Below are positions 21,873-31,863 of a stretch of DNA of 64,000 nt, one piece after another. This stretch comes from an uncultured Gammaproteobacteria bacterium (lineage in GTDB: Bacteria > Pseudomonadota > Gammaproteobacteria > DRLM01). The translations under genes and the position numbers were made by a program. The DNA lies in assembly GCA_963761035.1 (NCBI GenBank), contig CAVXFH010000002.1, forward strand, positions 250,686-314,685. Reading direction: 5' to 3'. Within the stretch, counting starts at the first letter, position 1. Every line of letters starts with the position of its first letter. Below the pieces are notes generated by a model. It did not search any database. It was not told where the DNA came from and worked only from the letters and a program-made list of their open reading frames with translations.

Positions 21873-22736
21873 ATGAATCAATCGGCTTTGGCGTTTGAGG
21901 TTGGCGGCGACGATTTTGCCACGAAGGTCCTGGAAAAATCCTGCCAGATACCGGTACTGGTGGACTTCTGGGCGGCATGGTGCGCGCCGTGTCGGGTGTT
22001 GATGCCGTTGTTACAAGGCTTGGCGGAGGAATACCAGGGAAGATTCGTGCTGGCTAAGGTAAATAGCGACCTGCAAGCCTCATTGGCCAATCAGTGGGGG
22101 GTGCGCAGTTTGCCTACCGTGAAGCTGTTTAAAAACGGGCGGGTCGTCGATGAATTCACGGGGGCCCAACCGGAAGCGGTAATTCGTTCCATGCTGGAAC
22201 AACATCTGCCGCGCGCATCGGACCCGCCGCGCGCGGCCGCGCACGCCGCCTTGGAGAGCGGCGACACGGCATTGGCGCAATCTTTACTGCAAAAAGCGCT
22301 AACAAGCGATCCAGAATACCCCCCGCTCAAACTGGACCTCGCCACCCTCCTGATGCGCAAGGGCGACCCGGACGGTGCGGAAAAGATCCTCAAGGAACTA
22401 CCCCTTCGACATCAGGAAGAAAAGGCGGCAAAAATTCTACGGGCTCAAATTATCTTTGCGCGCTCTGCGCAATCCGCGCCGTCGCCTGTGGAGCTGAAAC
22501 AACGCCTCGCTGCAGACCCGAATGACTTGTCATCACGCTATCAACTCGGCGCCATTGCCGCCGCCAAAGGCGACTACGCCGACGCTTTGGGGAATTTCTT
22601 TGAAATCATGCAACGCGACCGGCATTACAACGACGACATCGGCAAATACAGCCTGATCAAGGTATTTGAAATATTGGGCGACGATAACGAGCTGATCCAC
22701 GAGTATCGTCGCAAGATGGCCAGCTTACTCTACTAA
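21873..22736 (+). CDS. Thioredoxin-domain plus TPR co-chaperone (YbbN/CnoX-like)
   Basis: Start at ATG 21873 after AAGGA. N-terminal thioredoxin fold with [17 protein letters not shown]-terminal TPR-like region ending [34 protein letters not shown], as in YbbN. Confidence 0.85.
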   Translation: MNQSALAFEVGGDDFATKVLEKSCQIPVLVDFWAAWCAPCRVLMPLLQGLAEEYQGRFVLAKVNSDLQASLANQWGVRSLPTVKLFKNGRVVDEFTGAQPEAVIRSMLEQHLPRASDPPRAAAHAALESGDTALAQSLLQKALTSDPEYPPLKLDLATLLMRKGDPDGAEKILKELPLRHQEEKAAKILRAQIIFARSAQSAPSPVELKQRLAADPNDLSSRYQLGAIAAAKGDYADALGNFFEIMQRDRHYNDDIGKYSLIKVFEILGDDNELIHEYRRKMASLLY

Positions 22737-23234
22737 TAAGCGGCGATAGATTTCACGGATCTCCGCTTTGTGGCACACCAAATAAATCTTCTTCACCGCA
22801 TCATTATTAGCAAGGAAGTTTGCGATCTCGCGGACCGCTATTCTTGCCGCCTCTTCCAGCGGATAAGCGTACACCCCGCAGCTAATGGCGGGGAAGGCAA
22901 CGGTTTCGATACCGTTTTCAGTGACCAACCGTAACGATTCCCGATAACAAGAAGCCAACTGCATGGCCTCGCCCTGGTTTCCGCCCCGCCATACCGGCCC
23001 CACGGTATGTATCACGTAGCGTGCAGGTAGCCGGTAAGCCTTGGTGATCTTGGCCAGACCGGCGCTACAACCGCCAAGCAGTCTGCATTCCTCCCTGAGT
23101 CGCGGTCCCGCGGCGCGATGGATGGCCCCGTCCACGCCGCCGCCGCCCAACAAGGCGGGGTTGGCGGCATTGACTACGGCATCGACCTGCAGTCGGGTAA
23201 TATCTCCCTGAATAACTTCTATTCGCTCGTCCAT
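22725..23234 (-). CDS. Macro-domain protein (O-acetyl-ADP-ribose deacetylase, YmdB-like)
   Basis: [40 protein letters not shown] is the canonical macro-domain N-terminus. 169 aa. The 3-prime end overlaps the convergent thioredoxin-TPR gene by 12 nt. Confidence 0.85.
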   Translation of the reverse strand: MDERIEVIQGDITRLQVDAVVNAANPALLGGGGVDGAIHRAAGPRLREECRLLGGCSAGLAKITKAYRLPARYVIHTVGPVWRGGNQGEAMQLASCYRESLRLVTENGIETVAFPAISCGVYAYPLEEAARIAVREIANFLANNDAVKKIYLVCHKAEIREIYRRLLVE

Positions 23235-23604
23235 TGCCTGCGCTCATTTGTAACCCGCCGGGCCTGCAAACTCCGGGGATTAATAACGCCGTCAACCATA
23301 TGCATCGATATGCTTCACCAACAGGAGCTTCAATTTCTCGATGTTGATTAGACGCTCATTTTAACGAAATTTAGGGTTGTCAGGATGATCCTTGACGACT
23401 ATTTAGAACAAATGGATGCTCATGCCGAGCATAGCGAATAGCGGTTCAGTATGAATTTTTGATGAGCAATCCGCTCTATATATAACGCCGAATCTATCTT
23501 CCCTCTATCATTTCATTACTTATGCTATGATTCGCCGCCGTTCATATCCTGTCATGAATATGAACTTCATTTCTCAATAACCTTATTTTATCCAAGGAGC
23601 ATGT

Positions 23605-23922
23605 ATGAAACGCACTGTTGTAGCTATTGCTGCTGCAGCAATTCTCTTAACTACATTAAGCGGCTGCGGAACTAAAGAACGCGATGCGCTGCGCGCCAAG
23701 GTCGCCACACTCGAACAACAACTGACCACGGCAAACAACGATCTTGCCGCCAAGGAAACGGAGCTCACATCCGCGCGCGATTCCCTTCAATCCGCGCAAA
23801 ATGCCCAATCTCAAGCTCAGGCGCAAATTAACAGCCTCACCGCCGAGCTAACCCGCGCCAAGGCGGCACTTAAAAAGGCAAAGTCGCCTACTACGGGCAC
23901 CAAAAAGAAAAAGAAGAAATAA
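23605..23922 (+). CDS. Coiled-coil lipoprotein with C-terminal KKKKKK tail
   Basis: MKRTVVAIAAAAILLTTLSGC lipobox (LSGC), then an Ala/Gln/Leu-rich heptad-like sequence, ending TGTKKKKKK. AAGGAG precedes the ATG. Confidence 0.7.
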   Translation: MKRTVVAIAAAAILLTTLSGCGTKERDALRAKVATLEQQLTTANNDLAAKETELTSARDSLQSAQNAQSQAQAQINSLTAELTRAKAALKKAKSPTTGTKKKKKK

Positions 23923-24033
23923 TTTGCTTGTTCGACGGGGATTACGTCGATCGGCCCCGGCAGCGCATCTTAGCCAGGCTCCTCGCGAGCCTGGCCCTCT
24001 TTAATGTTTATTGGAAATTTATAAATCGAAGCA

Positions 24034-24324
24034 TCATTGATAATCGATATCCACAGCCACCAATTGTTTTTCGCGATTTTCATAGCTCACCATCACTTGA
24101 CCCTGTGCGTGTGCGGCATTGCTGAGTATTTCGCGGTTGGCGGAAAAAACAATAGGAGCATTGGTTTCCGCATCGTGGATGGTAAAGGTGCCTGCTACTT
24201 GATCGACTTTGGTAACGACGCCCACGTGCTTGTTTTCACCGGCCATTTTACATGCCCATCCGCTGCTGCTCACCATCAACAACAGCACGGCAGCTAAAGC
24301 CGGGATCATCACTTTACTTTGCAT
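24034..24324 (-). CDS. Small secreted protein, 96 aa
   Basis: Signal peptide MIPALAAVLLLMVSSSGWA, then a beta-rich body (GVVTKVDQVAGTFTIHD...). No confident family. Confidence 0.55.
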   Translation of the reverse strand: MQSKVMIPALAAVLLLMVSSSGWACKMAGENKHVGVVTKVDQVAGTFTIHDAETNAPIVFSANREILSNAAHAQGQVMVSYENREKQLVAVDIDYQ

Positions 24325-24643
24325 CGCAGCATTCTCCTCTATGAAAAAATCAACTCTTTGACCATTATTCTAACCGAATGTCGCCAATAAATTTACTGGA
24401 TTACCGTATATAAGTTTGTTGAAGAAGCCCGACCATTGCGCTGGCAACTCCCGGCGGCGCCAGGACAGAAGGATGTTATAACTACTCTAGATTATAAATA
24501 TATAATAACATTAAATACTTAAAAAATCCGGCACCAAACCTCGCTACATTAAAAATACATGTTATGGGGTTTAATCGGGATTGTTCCAAACGACAACCTC
24601 TCGGTAAGAAATACCGGCCGTCTGGCCGCCTGTAATTCCTGAA

Positions 24644-25327
24644 TTACCCTGTAACTTCCTCCTGGTGGTTATTGTCGGCGTCAACCTGAGTATTGTTTGG
24701 GCAACATACGCCCGTGCCACCCAAGCCGCAATATCCATCCGGATTTCTTGCTAGGTACTGCTGGTGATAATCTTCGGCATAATAAAATTCCGGCGCCTCT
24801 ATTATTTCCGTACGGATAGCACCGAAACCCGCCTCGGCCAGCAGCCGCTGATAGGTTTGCTTTGAGGCTAGCGCTTGATTTTTCTGCTCGTCGGAGTAAG
24901 TATAGATCCCGGAACGATATTGGGTACCGACATCGTTACCTTGGCGCATCCCTTGCGTCGGGTCATGCGACTCCCAAAAAATCCTTAGCAACTGTGCATA
25001 AGAGATAATTGCGGGATCGTAAACCACCCGCACCACCTCATTGTGCCCGGTCATGCCGCTGCACACCTCCTGGTAAGTAGGATTGAGCGTGAACCCCCCG
25101 GAGAAGCCCGCCGCCGTGGAATAGATGCCGTTCAATTTCCAGAAGCAGCGTTCCGCCCCCCAAAAACAGCCCATCCCGAACATCGCCATATGCATCCGCG
25201 GCGGATAAGGTGGTTGCAACGCATTTCCATTTACAAAATGCCGGTCTGACACAGGCATATTCTCTCTCCGTCCCGGCAAGGCCTCGTCCGGCCTAGGCAT
25301 CCGGGTATTCTTGCCGCGCACAAACAT
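24644..25327 (-). CDS. msrA: Peptide-methionine (S)-S-oxide reductase
   Basis: [16 protein letters not shown] active-site motif, [22 protein letters not shown]. Start could instead be the internal Met ([11 protein letters not shown]). Confidence 0.9.
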   Translation of the reverse strand: MFVRGKNTRMPRPDEALPGRRENMPVSDRHFVNGNALQPPYPPRMHMAMFGMGCFWGAERCFWKLNGIYSTAAGFSGGFTLNPTYQEVCSGMTGHNEVVRVVYDPAIISYAQLLRIFWESHDPTQGMRQGNDVGTQYRSGIYTYSDEQKNQALASKQTYQRLLAEAGFGAIRTEIIEAPEFYYAEDYHQQYLARNPDGYCGLGGTGVCCPNNTQVDADNNHQEEVTG

Positions 25328-25395
25328 AAAATGTCCTCACAGATTCCACCACCGCAGCACCATCATAAACAGATCCCAAGTCCCCACGGGCATCT

Positions 25396-25665
25396 TCACA
25401 GCCGTTTGCGAATACGTTCATAACCCCGCTTCACCTCCTCGGCCATCAGCTTCGCCGCCTCATACACGTCTCGCGACACATCTTTCGTCTCGCTGCCAAC
25501 GGCATTGGCCTTGGCGCGCAGATGTTCCCAGCGCTGCTCCAGTTCCTGCCATTCTTCCCGCACCTCGGCCTTGGCCAAATGAATCTGTACTTTGATGGTA
25601 TCGCGCTGTTGCTTCAGTCCTTCCAAAATTGCGTTAAGATCATAAATTGGTTTAGCCATGGTCAT
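25396..25665 (-). CDS. Hypothetical coiled-coil protein, about 89 aa
   Basis: Start at ATG 25665 after AAGGGGGG. Charged helical sequence (KVQIHLAKAEVREEWQELEQRWEHLRAKA). No family recognised. Confidence 0.5.
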   Translation of the reverse strand: MTMAKPIYDLNAILEGLKQQRDTIKVQIHLAKAEVREEWQELEQRWEHLRAKANAVGSETKDVSRDVYEAAKLMAEEVKRGYERIRKRL

Positions 25666-25826
25666 CCCCCCTTGCCAAGTCGTTGGGTCAATCGTGGGTT
25701 CTCGCGAAGCGCCTCTCAATAAAACCCCCTGCAACTTAAATTGCTTCCGCAGCGCTGGGCTGTGCTATCTTTGCCGGCCACGTACCGCGAAATCATGATA
25801 CGCCGATTTTTCGATCGAGGACGCCC

Positions 25827-26666
25827 ATGCCATCCAAGAAACATAAATCTCGTCCGGCCAAACAGACCGCCGACGGCGAACGCAAAGAACTCAAGTATTA
25901 TGGGGCCGCCGCCTGTCTCGCCCTATGGCGTCAGCGCCCCAATGACCTCATTCGTATCTATATCGAGGAACGATGTATCCCCGAGTTTTCAGCCATGCTG
26001 CAATGGGCTGCCGCAAAGCACCGTGCCTACCACATCGTCAGCGCGGAGGACCTGGAACGACTCACCCAATCCATTCATCATCAAGGCGTCTGCATACTGG
26101 CCAAGGAACATATCGCCCTTGCTTTTCACGAGTGGCTGTCCCTTGTCCGCGACGAGATCAAGCCACAATTGCTTGTCTATTTGGACGGTGTGGAAAACCC
26201 CCATAACCTTGGAGCCATAATACGCACTTGCGCCCATTTCGGCGTCCGTTATGTCCTGGGTATGGAAGACCGCCTACCCAAGCTTTCACCTGCCGCATGC
26301 CGGGTAGCGGAAGGCGGCGCGGAAGAAGTCATGCTCGTCTACCTGCAACGCCCGATAAGGCAATTAAGGGAACTGCAAAACGGCGGTTTCGAACTCATCG
26401 CCACGGCGGCTCACGAGGGCACCATCCTCTTTGAGCATCGCTTCCGTCCACGTTGTATCCTAATGCTCGGGCATGAAGGAGAAGGCATCAACCCCGCTTT
26501 ATTTCAAGCCGCCGACAAACTCCTGCGCATTCCCGGCAGCGGGCGGATCGAAAGCCTGAACGTCTCCGTCGCCTTTGGCGTCATCGCCGGCGAATATTAC
26601 CGCCAAGCGTCCCGCTCAAGCCACTCCAAAACGACTTCCCTATATCGCCGAAATAATCGCCATTGA
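25827..26666 (+). CDS. TrmH/SpoU-family RNA 2-prime-O-methyltransferase
   Basis: Lys/Arg-rich N-terminus, LDGVENPHNLGAIIRTCAHFGV, LMLGHEGEGI and IPGSGRIESLNVSVAFGV are the three SpoU motifs. Confidence 0.8.
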   Translation: MPSKKHKSRPAKQTADGERKELKYYGAAACLALWRQRPNDLIRIYIEERCIPEFSAMLQWAAAKHRAYHIVSAEDLERLTQSIHHQGVCILAKEHIALAFHEWLSLVRDEIKPQLLVYLDGVENPHNLGAIIRTCAHFGVRYVLGMEDRLPKLSPAACRVAEGGAEEVMLVYLQRPIRQLRELQNGGFELIATAAHEGTILFEHRFRPRCILMLGHEGEGINPALFQAADKLLRIPGSGRIESLNVSVAFGVIAGEYYRQASRSSHSKTTSLYRRNNRH

Positions 26667-26684
26667 ACTTCGGGCAAATCGCTC

Positions 26685-28301
26685 TCATTCGTTAACTTTT
26701 GACACCGCATCGGCTTGCGTCATCAACAACCCACCCGGACCGGCAGCGGCGTTGTCCTCGATCGGATTCAATCGTTCCCAAATATTGTCCGCGAACCCGG
26801 CGCCCACTTCATCATAATAGTAATATGCCATATCCGCCCCGGCATCGATGATTTGCTTCACCTCCTCTGGATACAAGGCGGTGGCGCAGATAAGTCCCTT
26901 GTACCCCGCTTTCCGCAATTGCTTTACCGCTATCGTGTTTGCCTCCCTGTCCGGTATGGCCAATAACACGGCCCGCACGCCGCTAAGATCAATGTTTTGC
27001 CACAAACCAGGATCTTCCGCGTCGGCATACAGAACCCGACGCCCGTGGAGCATATGCCCCTCGACCTTCCCCGGGTCGGAATCCAATCCCACCACCCTTT
27101 GTTCGCGCTGCGTAAAGTAGTGGTAAGCGCCGGTTCCCACCCGCCCCATCCCCATGATCAAGATATTGGAATGACCCACGTGTAAGGGCTTGTCATCGGG
27201 GTGGCGCTGAGACGATTCAAAGACCTGCAAACGCTTCTCCAACATTTGGAAAAGGTCATGAGCATAGCGATTGAGGGGTGCTGCCAAAATAAAGGATACA
27301 GCCACCACCACCGCCAGCATCACCAACCAATCAGTGCTCATCCAACCGTTTTGTACCGCGAGACTGGCGATAATGAGCCCAAATTCACTGTAGGTAGCCA
27401 GACTCAATCCCGCGAGAAACGCAGTGCGGGCACGCAAGCGGAACAATACCAACACCAAGAAAAACAATAGCGTCTTAATGGGCAAGAGCAACGTTAATAT
27501 TAAAGCCCAGCGCAAGGCGTCGAATGAGGGCAGGCCGAACATGCCGATCTGTAAAAAGAATCCCACCAGAAAGATTTCCTTCAGACCCCACATGGCAGTG
27601 GATAATTCGGAAGAACGACGATGACTGGCCAGCATAGCGCCCATCAGCAAGGCGCCCAGCTCCGGACTCAACCCCATATAATCGAAACCCGCCCCTCCCA
27701 CCACCAGAGCCAAGAGCAAGCCGTATAAAACCAGTAACTCACCGTGACCGCACAACTCTAAAATTCGCTGAAAGAAATATTTCAGCAAAGGCATGGCGAG
27801 CACGGCAACGGCCCACGGCGAGGGCGTATGTCCCCCCGCCGTCGCCAAAATCGCCACAGCGACAATATCCTGTACCACCAATATCCCGATGGCCACTCGG
27901 CCGTGAAAAGCACGTAATTCCTTTTTCTCCTCCAGTACCTTGGCGGCCACCACGGTGCTGGAAAACGACAGAGCCAGCGTAATCAACACCGCCAGTTTCA
28001 ATTCCACGCCCAAGGCCCAATGAAGTACCGGCCCGATCAGCAATCCAATCAAAACCATGTGGAGAACGGCACCGCCCCATACCTCGGGCCGCACTAGACT
28101 TTTTAGTCTCAGCTTCAAGCCAACGCTAAACAATAAGAGCAAAACGCCGGCGTGCGCCAACTTCGCCAGCAGGTCACCACCCTGTAAGCCGTACCCGCTT
28201 AATACAAAGCCCGCCACCAAATAGCCGATGAGCGGCGGCAAACCCAAAGACCGCACCAAAAAACCCAGCACAAAGGCAAATGATATCCAGACCGCTTCCA
28301 T
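26685..28301 (-). CDS. Monovalent cation:proton antiporter-2 (Kef/YbaL type) with C-terminal TrkA-N (RCK) domain
   Basis: 538 aa. About 370 aa of multi-TM Na_H exchanger-like sequence followed by NILIMGMGRVGTGAYHYF (Rossmann GxGxxG). Confidence 0.85.
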   Translation of the reverse strand: MEAVWISFAFVLGFLVRSLGLPPLIGYLVAGFVLSGYGLQGGDLLAKLAHAGVLLLLFSVGLKLRLKSLVRPEVWGGAVLHMVLIGLLIGPVLHWALGVELKLAVLITLALSFSSTVVAAKVLEEKKELRAFHGRVAIGILVVQDIVAVAILATAGGHTPSPWAVAVLAMPLLKYFFQRILELCGHGELLVLYGLLLALVVGGAGFDYMGLSPELGALLMGAMLASHRRSSELSTAMWGLKEIFLVGFFLQIGMFGLPSFDALRWALILTLLLPIKTLLFFLVLVLFRLRARTAFLAGLSLATYSEFGLIIASLAVQNGWMSTDWLVMLAVVVAVSFILAAPLNRYAHDLFQMLEKRLQVFESSQRHPDDKPLHVGHSNILIMGMGRVGTGAYHYFTQREQRVVGLDSDPGKVEGHMLHGRRVLYADAEDPGLWQNIDLSGVRAVLLAIPDREANTIAVKQLRKAGYKGLICATALYPEEVKQIIDAGADMAYYYYDEVGAGFADNIWERLNPIEDNAAAGPGGLLMTQADAVSKVNE

Positions 28302-28426
28302 GTCTACGCCGCTTGTTATTAATATTCGATGTTAGCAAAACCCAGTCATAATTAGATTATTTATAGCCGCCCCTGTCTTTATGCCCTCAAACATGGTAAA
28401 AACCCGCATTTGTACGGGAGACCTCG

Positions 28427-28801
28427 ATGCAACGCGCAACAATTCTATTGGCAGCAACTGCAATGTACCTTGGATCGTTTTTGGCCATGGCCGCTCAACC
28501 GGAACAGAAAACAATTGAAGCCTTATTCATGGAAAAAGCCAAGTTAAGCGGCCATCAAGTGCAGTTGCACGGCACGGTAGTGAAAGTCAACAATGCGATT
28601 ATGAACAGGAATTTTTTACACGTGCGGGACGGTACCGGCCAGAAGGGCAGCGATGACCTCACCATTACCAGCCAGGATACCGCTGAAGTGGGTGATGAAG
28701 TGGTCGTTACCGGCACCATCGCCGTCGACAAGGACTTCGGCGCAGGCTACACCTACCCGATCTTGCTTGAACAGGCGACGGTTACCAAACTAAAACACTA
28801 G
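28427..28801 (+). CDS. Secreted OB-fold-like protein, 124 aa
   Basis: Signal peptide MQRATILLAATAMYLGSFLAMAA. VQLHGTVVKVNNAIMNRNFLHVRDGTG...VVVTGTI resembles small periplasmic OB-fold proteins. Weak assignment. Confidence 0.5.
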   Translation: MQRATILLAATAMYLGSFLAMAAQPEQKTIEALFMEKAKLSGHQVQLHGTVVKVNNAIMNRNFLHVRDGTGQKGSDDLTITSQDTAEVGDEVVVTGTIAVDKDFGAGYTYPILLEQATVTKLKH

Positions 28802-28831
28802 AAGCGACTAAAACCCATTACGTTTAAATAC

Positions 28832-28857
28832 AACGGGCCGCAGCGCCGCCGCCCGTT
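28832..28857. terminator. Hairpin between convergent genes (AACGGGC ... GCCCGTT)
   Basis: 7-bp stem 28832-28838 / 28851-28857 with a GC-rich loop, followed by GTTGCTTGTTGTT. Sits between the stops at 28801 and 28869. Confidence 0.4.
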
Positions 28858-28868
28858 GTTGCTTGTTG

Positions 28869-30098
28869 TTAGTTCAGCATCCAGATGCGGGAATGCGGTT
28901 GTCCCCCCGCAACGGCAATGGATTCCACCACCTTATCCTGATCCGCGTCTAGGACCACCAAAGCACCGGCATCCGAATGCGACGAAAAGACCCATCGGGT
29001 ACGGCCATTCTCGCCGTAAAAGGCCAAGGCGCCCGATGATCCCGCTTTCACTTCTTTTAGCAGCTTGAGCTTGGGCAAGGCCGTCATATCAAATATCAGC
29101 AAGACATCGGTCTTGAGATTCTTCTGCTGTTCGGGACTGCCGGAACTGGCGGTAGTGAGATACAACTTGGTACCCTCCGGATTGAAGTAATACTTGCTGA
29201 AATAAACATCGGGTAAATCGAGCTTGCCGACGACGGCCTTGGTAGTGACATCCAGCACGCTGAGCTTGCCGATCGCGTGATTGGGGTCCGACTTGCGATC
29301 CGCGCCTCGCCCGATAAGATAGCGCCCGTCCGGGGAAGCAAAGAGATTGCTATAGCCCTTGAAAGCCACCCGATCCTCGATGGTATTGCTGAGCGGGTCG
29401 ATGATCGCGACGGTGCCGTAGCCATTATTAAGGTTATAAACTTTACCGGTCACGGGCGAATAGGCCAGACCATGAGGGAAGGCGTTATTGGGGATGGTCA
29501 TGCCACCGCCTTCTTCCCGTTCCGGCTCGCAGAGATTGATGGTAGCCACCACTTGCAGATAGCTGGCGGTTTCCATTGAGTCATTCCCGATCACCGAAAT
29601 CGTTCCGTCCTTGAGATTACTGATATAAACCCGCTGCGGAACTCGCGGCGCGGACGGCGATGGGAAGGTAAAGGTCGCCTGATGATGGCCCCGGCCGACG
29701 CAGAGGGTTCCAAGCCACTTCACCTGGGGACTGCCGGTATTTTCCACAACGGTCACCGAAGACCCCTCCTCACCACAATTGAGGGCATCGTTACCGGTCT
29801 CTTTATCGCCATCATTCATAAACCAATCACGATTGGAGCGCGGATCGCTATAAATATGGGCGGGGAAGGCATCCTTAAGCAAGGCATTATTTATATTTAT
29901 TTTTTTACTCTTAGGATCAAGAAGGATAACTCTATGATCCCCCGTCAACCCGATCAGCACCGGCTTGAGTGCATCATCCAGCCCGGTCTCGGGCTCCATG
30001 GCAAGCGTCTTAACCGTAGTCTTGCCGTCTTTACATTGAACGACAGCGAGGGATCCGGTCTTACGGTTGCTCGAGTAATATGCCAAAGTATAATTCAT
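28869..30098 (-). CDS. YVTN-type beta-propeller repeat protein, no signal peptide (paralog 2)
   Basis: Start at ATG 30098 (MNYTLAYYSS, GGGGAA upstream). Shares long identical blocks with 13734-15026: LCVGRGHH, DGTISVIGND, PNNAFPHG.AYSP.TGKVYN.NNGYGTV, DLPDVY. Confidence 0.7.
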   Translation of the reverse strand: MNYTLAYYSSNRKTGSLAVVQCKDGKTTVKTLAMEPETGLDDALKPVLIGLTGDHRVILLDPKSKKININNALLKDAFPAHIYSDPRSNRDWFMNDGDKETGNDALNCGEEGSSVTVVENTGSPQVKWLGTLCVGRGHHQATFTFPSPSAPRVPQRVYISNLKDGTISVIGNDSMETASYLQVVATINLCEPEREEGGGMTIPNNAFPHGLAYSPVTGKVYNLNNGYGTVAIIDPLSNTIEDRVAFKGYSNLFASPDGRYLIGRGADRKSDPNHAIGKLSVLDVTTKAVVGKLDLPDVYFSKYYFNPEGTKLYLTTASSGSPEQQKNLKTDVLLIFDMTALPKLKLLKEVKAGSSGALAFYGENGRTRWVFSSHSDAGALVVLDADQDKVVESIAVAGGQPHSRIWMLN

Positions 30099-30329
30099 GA
30101 TATTCCCCATTGATCCAGTCATTTCCAGCGCCCCCAAACCCGTCTAAATGATATTGGCGGCGACCGGCATTATAGCGGACATTCCAGGCCTTTGAGTTGT
30201 AATCCATCTTTCTTGGCTAGGATTTTATATCGGTCCAAACACGGCTGGCGATTACGCATTATCCCATGTAATCCCTCAACGCCAGTGAATCAGCCCCGGA
30301 TAAGGGGATTTGTCAGCGGTTTTTTTATA

Positions 30330-30481
30330 GTGTTTCTTAAAAAAATCTAGTATGATCGGCCTCGCTGCAGTGTAAAGTGTAGGTAGTTTAAGCTGTTACC
30401 CTCACGAGTTACTTCGCGGAAACTTCCGTTTCACCACATGCAGCCTACATCTTGTTAAATTATTAGTTTGAGGTAAAAGTA
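30330..30481 (+). promoter_or_regulatory. Putative promoter (TATGAT at 30351-30356 after an A/T-rich tract) and roughly 120-nt leader of the cold-shock gene
   Basis: -10-like hexamer and upstream TTTTTTATAG...AAAAAAA tract read by eye; the -35 is poor. Long leaders are typical of cspA-type genes. Confidence 0.3.
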
Positions 30482-30685
30482 ATGGCTACAGGCACAGTAA
30501 AGTGGTTCAATGAATCCAAGGGTTTCGGCTTCATCGCGCAAGATAATGGCGGAGACGATGTTTTTGTGCATTTCCGTGCTATTTCCGGCGACGGTTTCAA
30601 GACTCTGGCCGAAGGTCAGAAGGTAACATTCGAAGTGGAAAAGGGTCCGAAGGGGCTGCAAGCGGCCAACGTGGTAGTTCAGTAA
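30482..30685 (+). CDS. Cold-shock protein, CspA family
   Basis: [34 protein letters not shown]... 67 aa with RNP1 (KGFGFI) and RNP2 (VFVHF) motifs. GAGG Shine-Dalgarno. Confidence 0.95.
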   Translation: MATGTVKWFNESKGFGFIAQDNGGDDVFVHFRAISGDGFKTLAEGQKVTFEVEKGPKGLQAANVVVQ

Positions 30686-30706
30686 ACCACTTCATCGCAT
30701 GATCAA

Positions 30707-30745
30707 GACAAGAACCCTGTCCAGGCAGGGTTCTTGTCTTACGTT
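30707..30745 (+). terminator. Rho-independent terminator of the cold-shock gene
   Basis: Perfect 13-bp stem GACAAGAACCCTG (30707-30719) / CAGGGTTCTTGTC (30726-30738), 6-nt loop, followed by TTACGTTTT. Confidence 0.8.
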
Positions 30746-30963
30746 TTGCCGCAGCGATTTCAGCTAGCGGCATAATCTGTTTGACCCGCCTCGCGGGTGG
30801 GTTCCCTGTTATACGTATCCCCGAAAATACATAAAGTTTACCTTTCTCCGCCTATTGATTCGGATTCATTATTGGATTTTGATGACGCTGCGAATATTCC
30901 CCAGGCTGATCATGGCCACTCGAGCGAGTGAGAAAATTCCTTGAGACAAGGCGCATAAGAATC

Positions 30964-31470
30964 ATGGCGCGAGATCAAGCCTCCCACTCCCCGCCTGCAC
31001 CCTATATCACCCCAGAGGGTTTTCATTTCCTGCAACAGGAGCTGGACGCGCTGTGGCAGAAGCGTGCCGCAGTCGTCCAGGCGCTGGCCGCGGCGGCGGC
31101 GGAGGGTGACCGCTCGGAAAACGCCGAATATATATACCGCAAAAAAGAGTTGCGCGAGATTGATCGACGAATTCGCTATCTGCGGTATCGCCTACCCGTT
31201 CTCAAGGTAGTGCGCGAGCTTCCAAAAGATCAAGAGCGCATTTTTTTCGGCGCATGGGTCTGCCTGGAAAATCAGGACGGAAACAGCGAAGAGTACCGAA
31301 TCGTCGGCCCGGATGAATTCGACATCAAGCGAGGCAGCATCAGCGTGGACTGTCCGCTGGCTCGCGCGTTACTGAAAAAGGCAAAAGGCGAAAAGGCAAT
31401 GGTGGTCACCCCCGAGGGCGATTCCATTTATTATAATGTCTTGGGAATTAGCTATCGCCGACCCGGCTGA
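30964..31470 (+). CDS. greB: Transcription elongation factor GreB
   Basis: YITPEGFHFLQQELDALWQKRAAVVQALAAAAAEGDRSENAEYIYRKKELREIDRRIRYL is the Gre coiled-coil N-terminal domain. Basic patch and length are consistent with GreB. Start at ATG 30964. Confidence 0.85.
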   Translation: MARDQASHSPPAPYITPEGFHFLQQELDALWQKRAAVVQALAAAAAEGDRSENAEYIYRKKELREIDRRIRYLRYRLPVLKVVRELPKDQERIFFGAWVCLENQDGNSEEYRIVGPDEFDIKRGSISVDCPLARALLKKAKGEKAMVVTPEGDSIYYNVLGISYRRPG

Positions 31471-31485
31471 AGGGTAGTTTCATGG

Positions 31486-31863
31486 TTACTCATCAACTGC
31501 GTCTACCCCGAAGATCAGCTTACACTTATTCTTTTTTTCTCCCCAGGTAATCACATTGCGACCAATGATGATCGGCCAGCGGTGGACGCCGGCCAACCGC
31601 GGATGCCAAAAGATCGGGAATAGCCAACCAAACTCATCTTTGCGAAATAAGGCCGGGACCTTTCCTTCTAGCAAGGACTTTACCATCGCCCGCTGCGGAT
31701 CTTCCGCCTCAACCACCACGCTGCGCTCAACCGGCGGGTAGTCATAAAACGCGGTTACACGATAAGCCTTTGTCGCCCCCAGCCCCAAGTTCAGGGCTAT
31801 GTTCCGGCTCAACGAACCTCCCCCTCTGAAGGGCACCACCGTATCTGAAAAAGTCCCGTTCAT
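31486..31863 (-). CDS. Hypothetical protein, 125 aa
   Basis: The start ATG overlaps the stop of the upstream zinc-ribbon ORF (ATGA, 31860-31863). No motif recognised. Confidence 0.5.
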   Translation of the reverse strand: MNGTFSDTVVPFRGGGSLSRNIALNLGLGATKAYRVTAFYDYPPVERSVVVEAEDPQRAMVKSLLEGKVPALFRKDEFGWLFPIFWHPRLAGVHRWPIIIGRNVITWGEKKNKCKLIFGVDAVDE

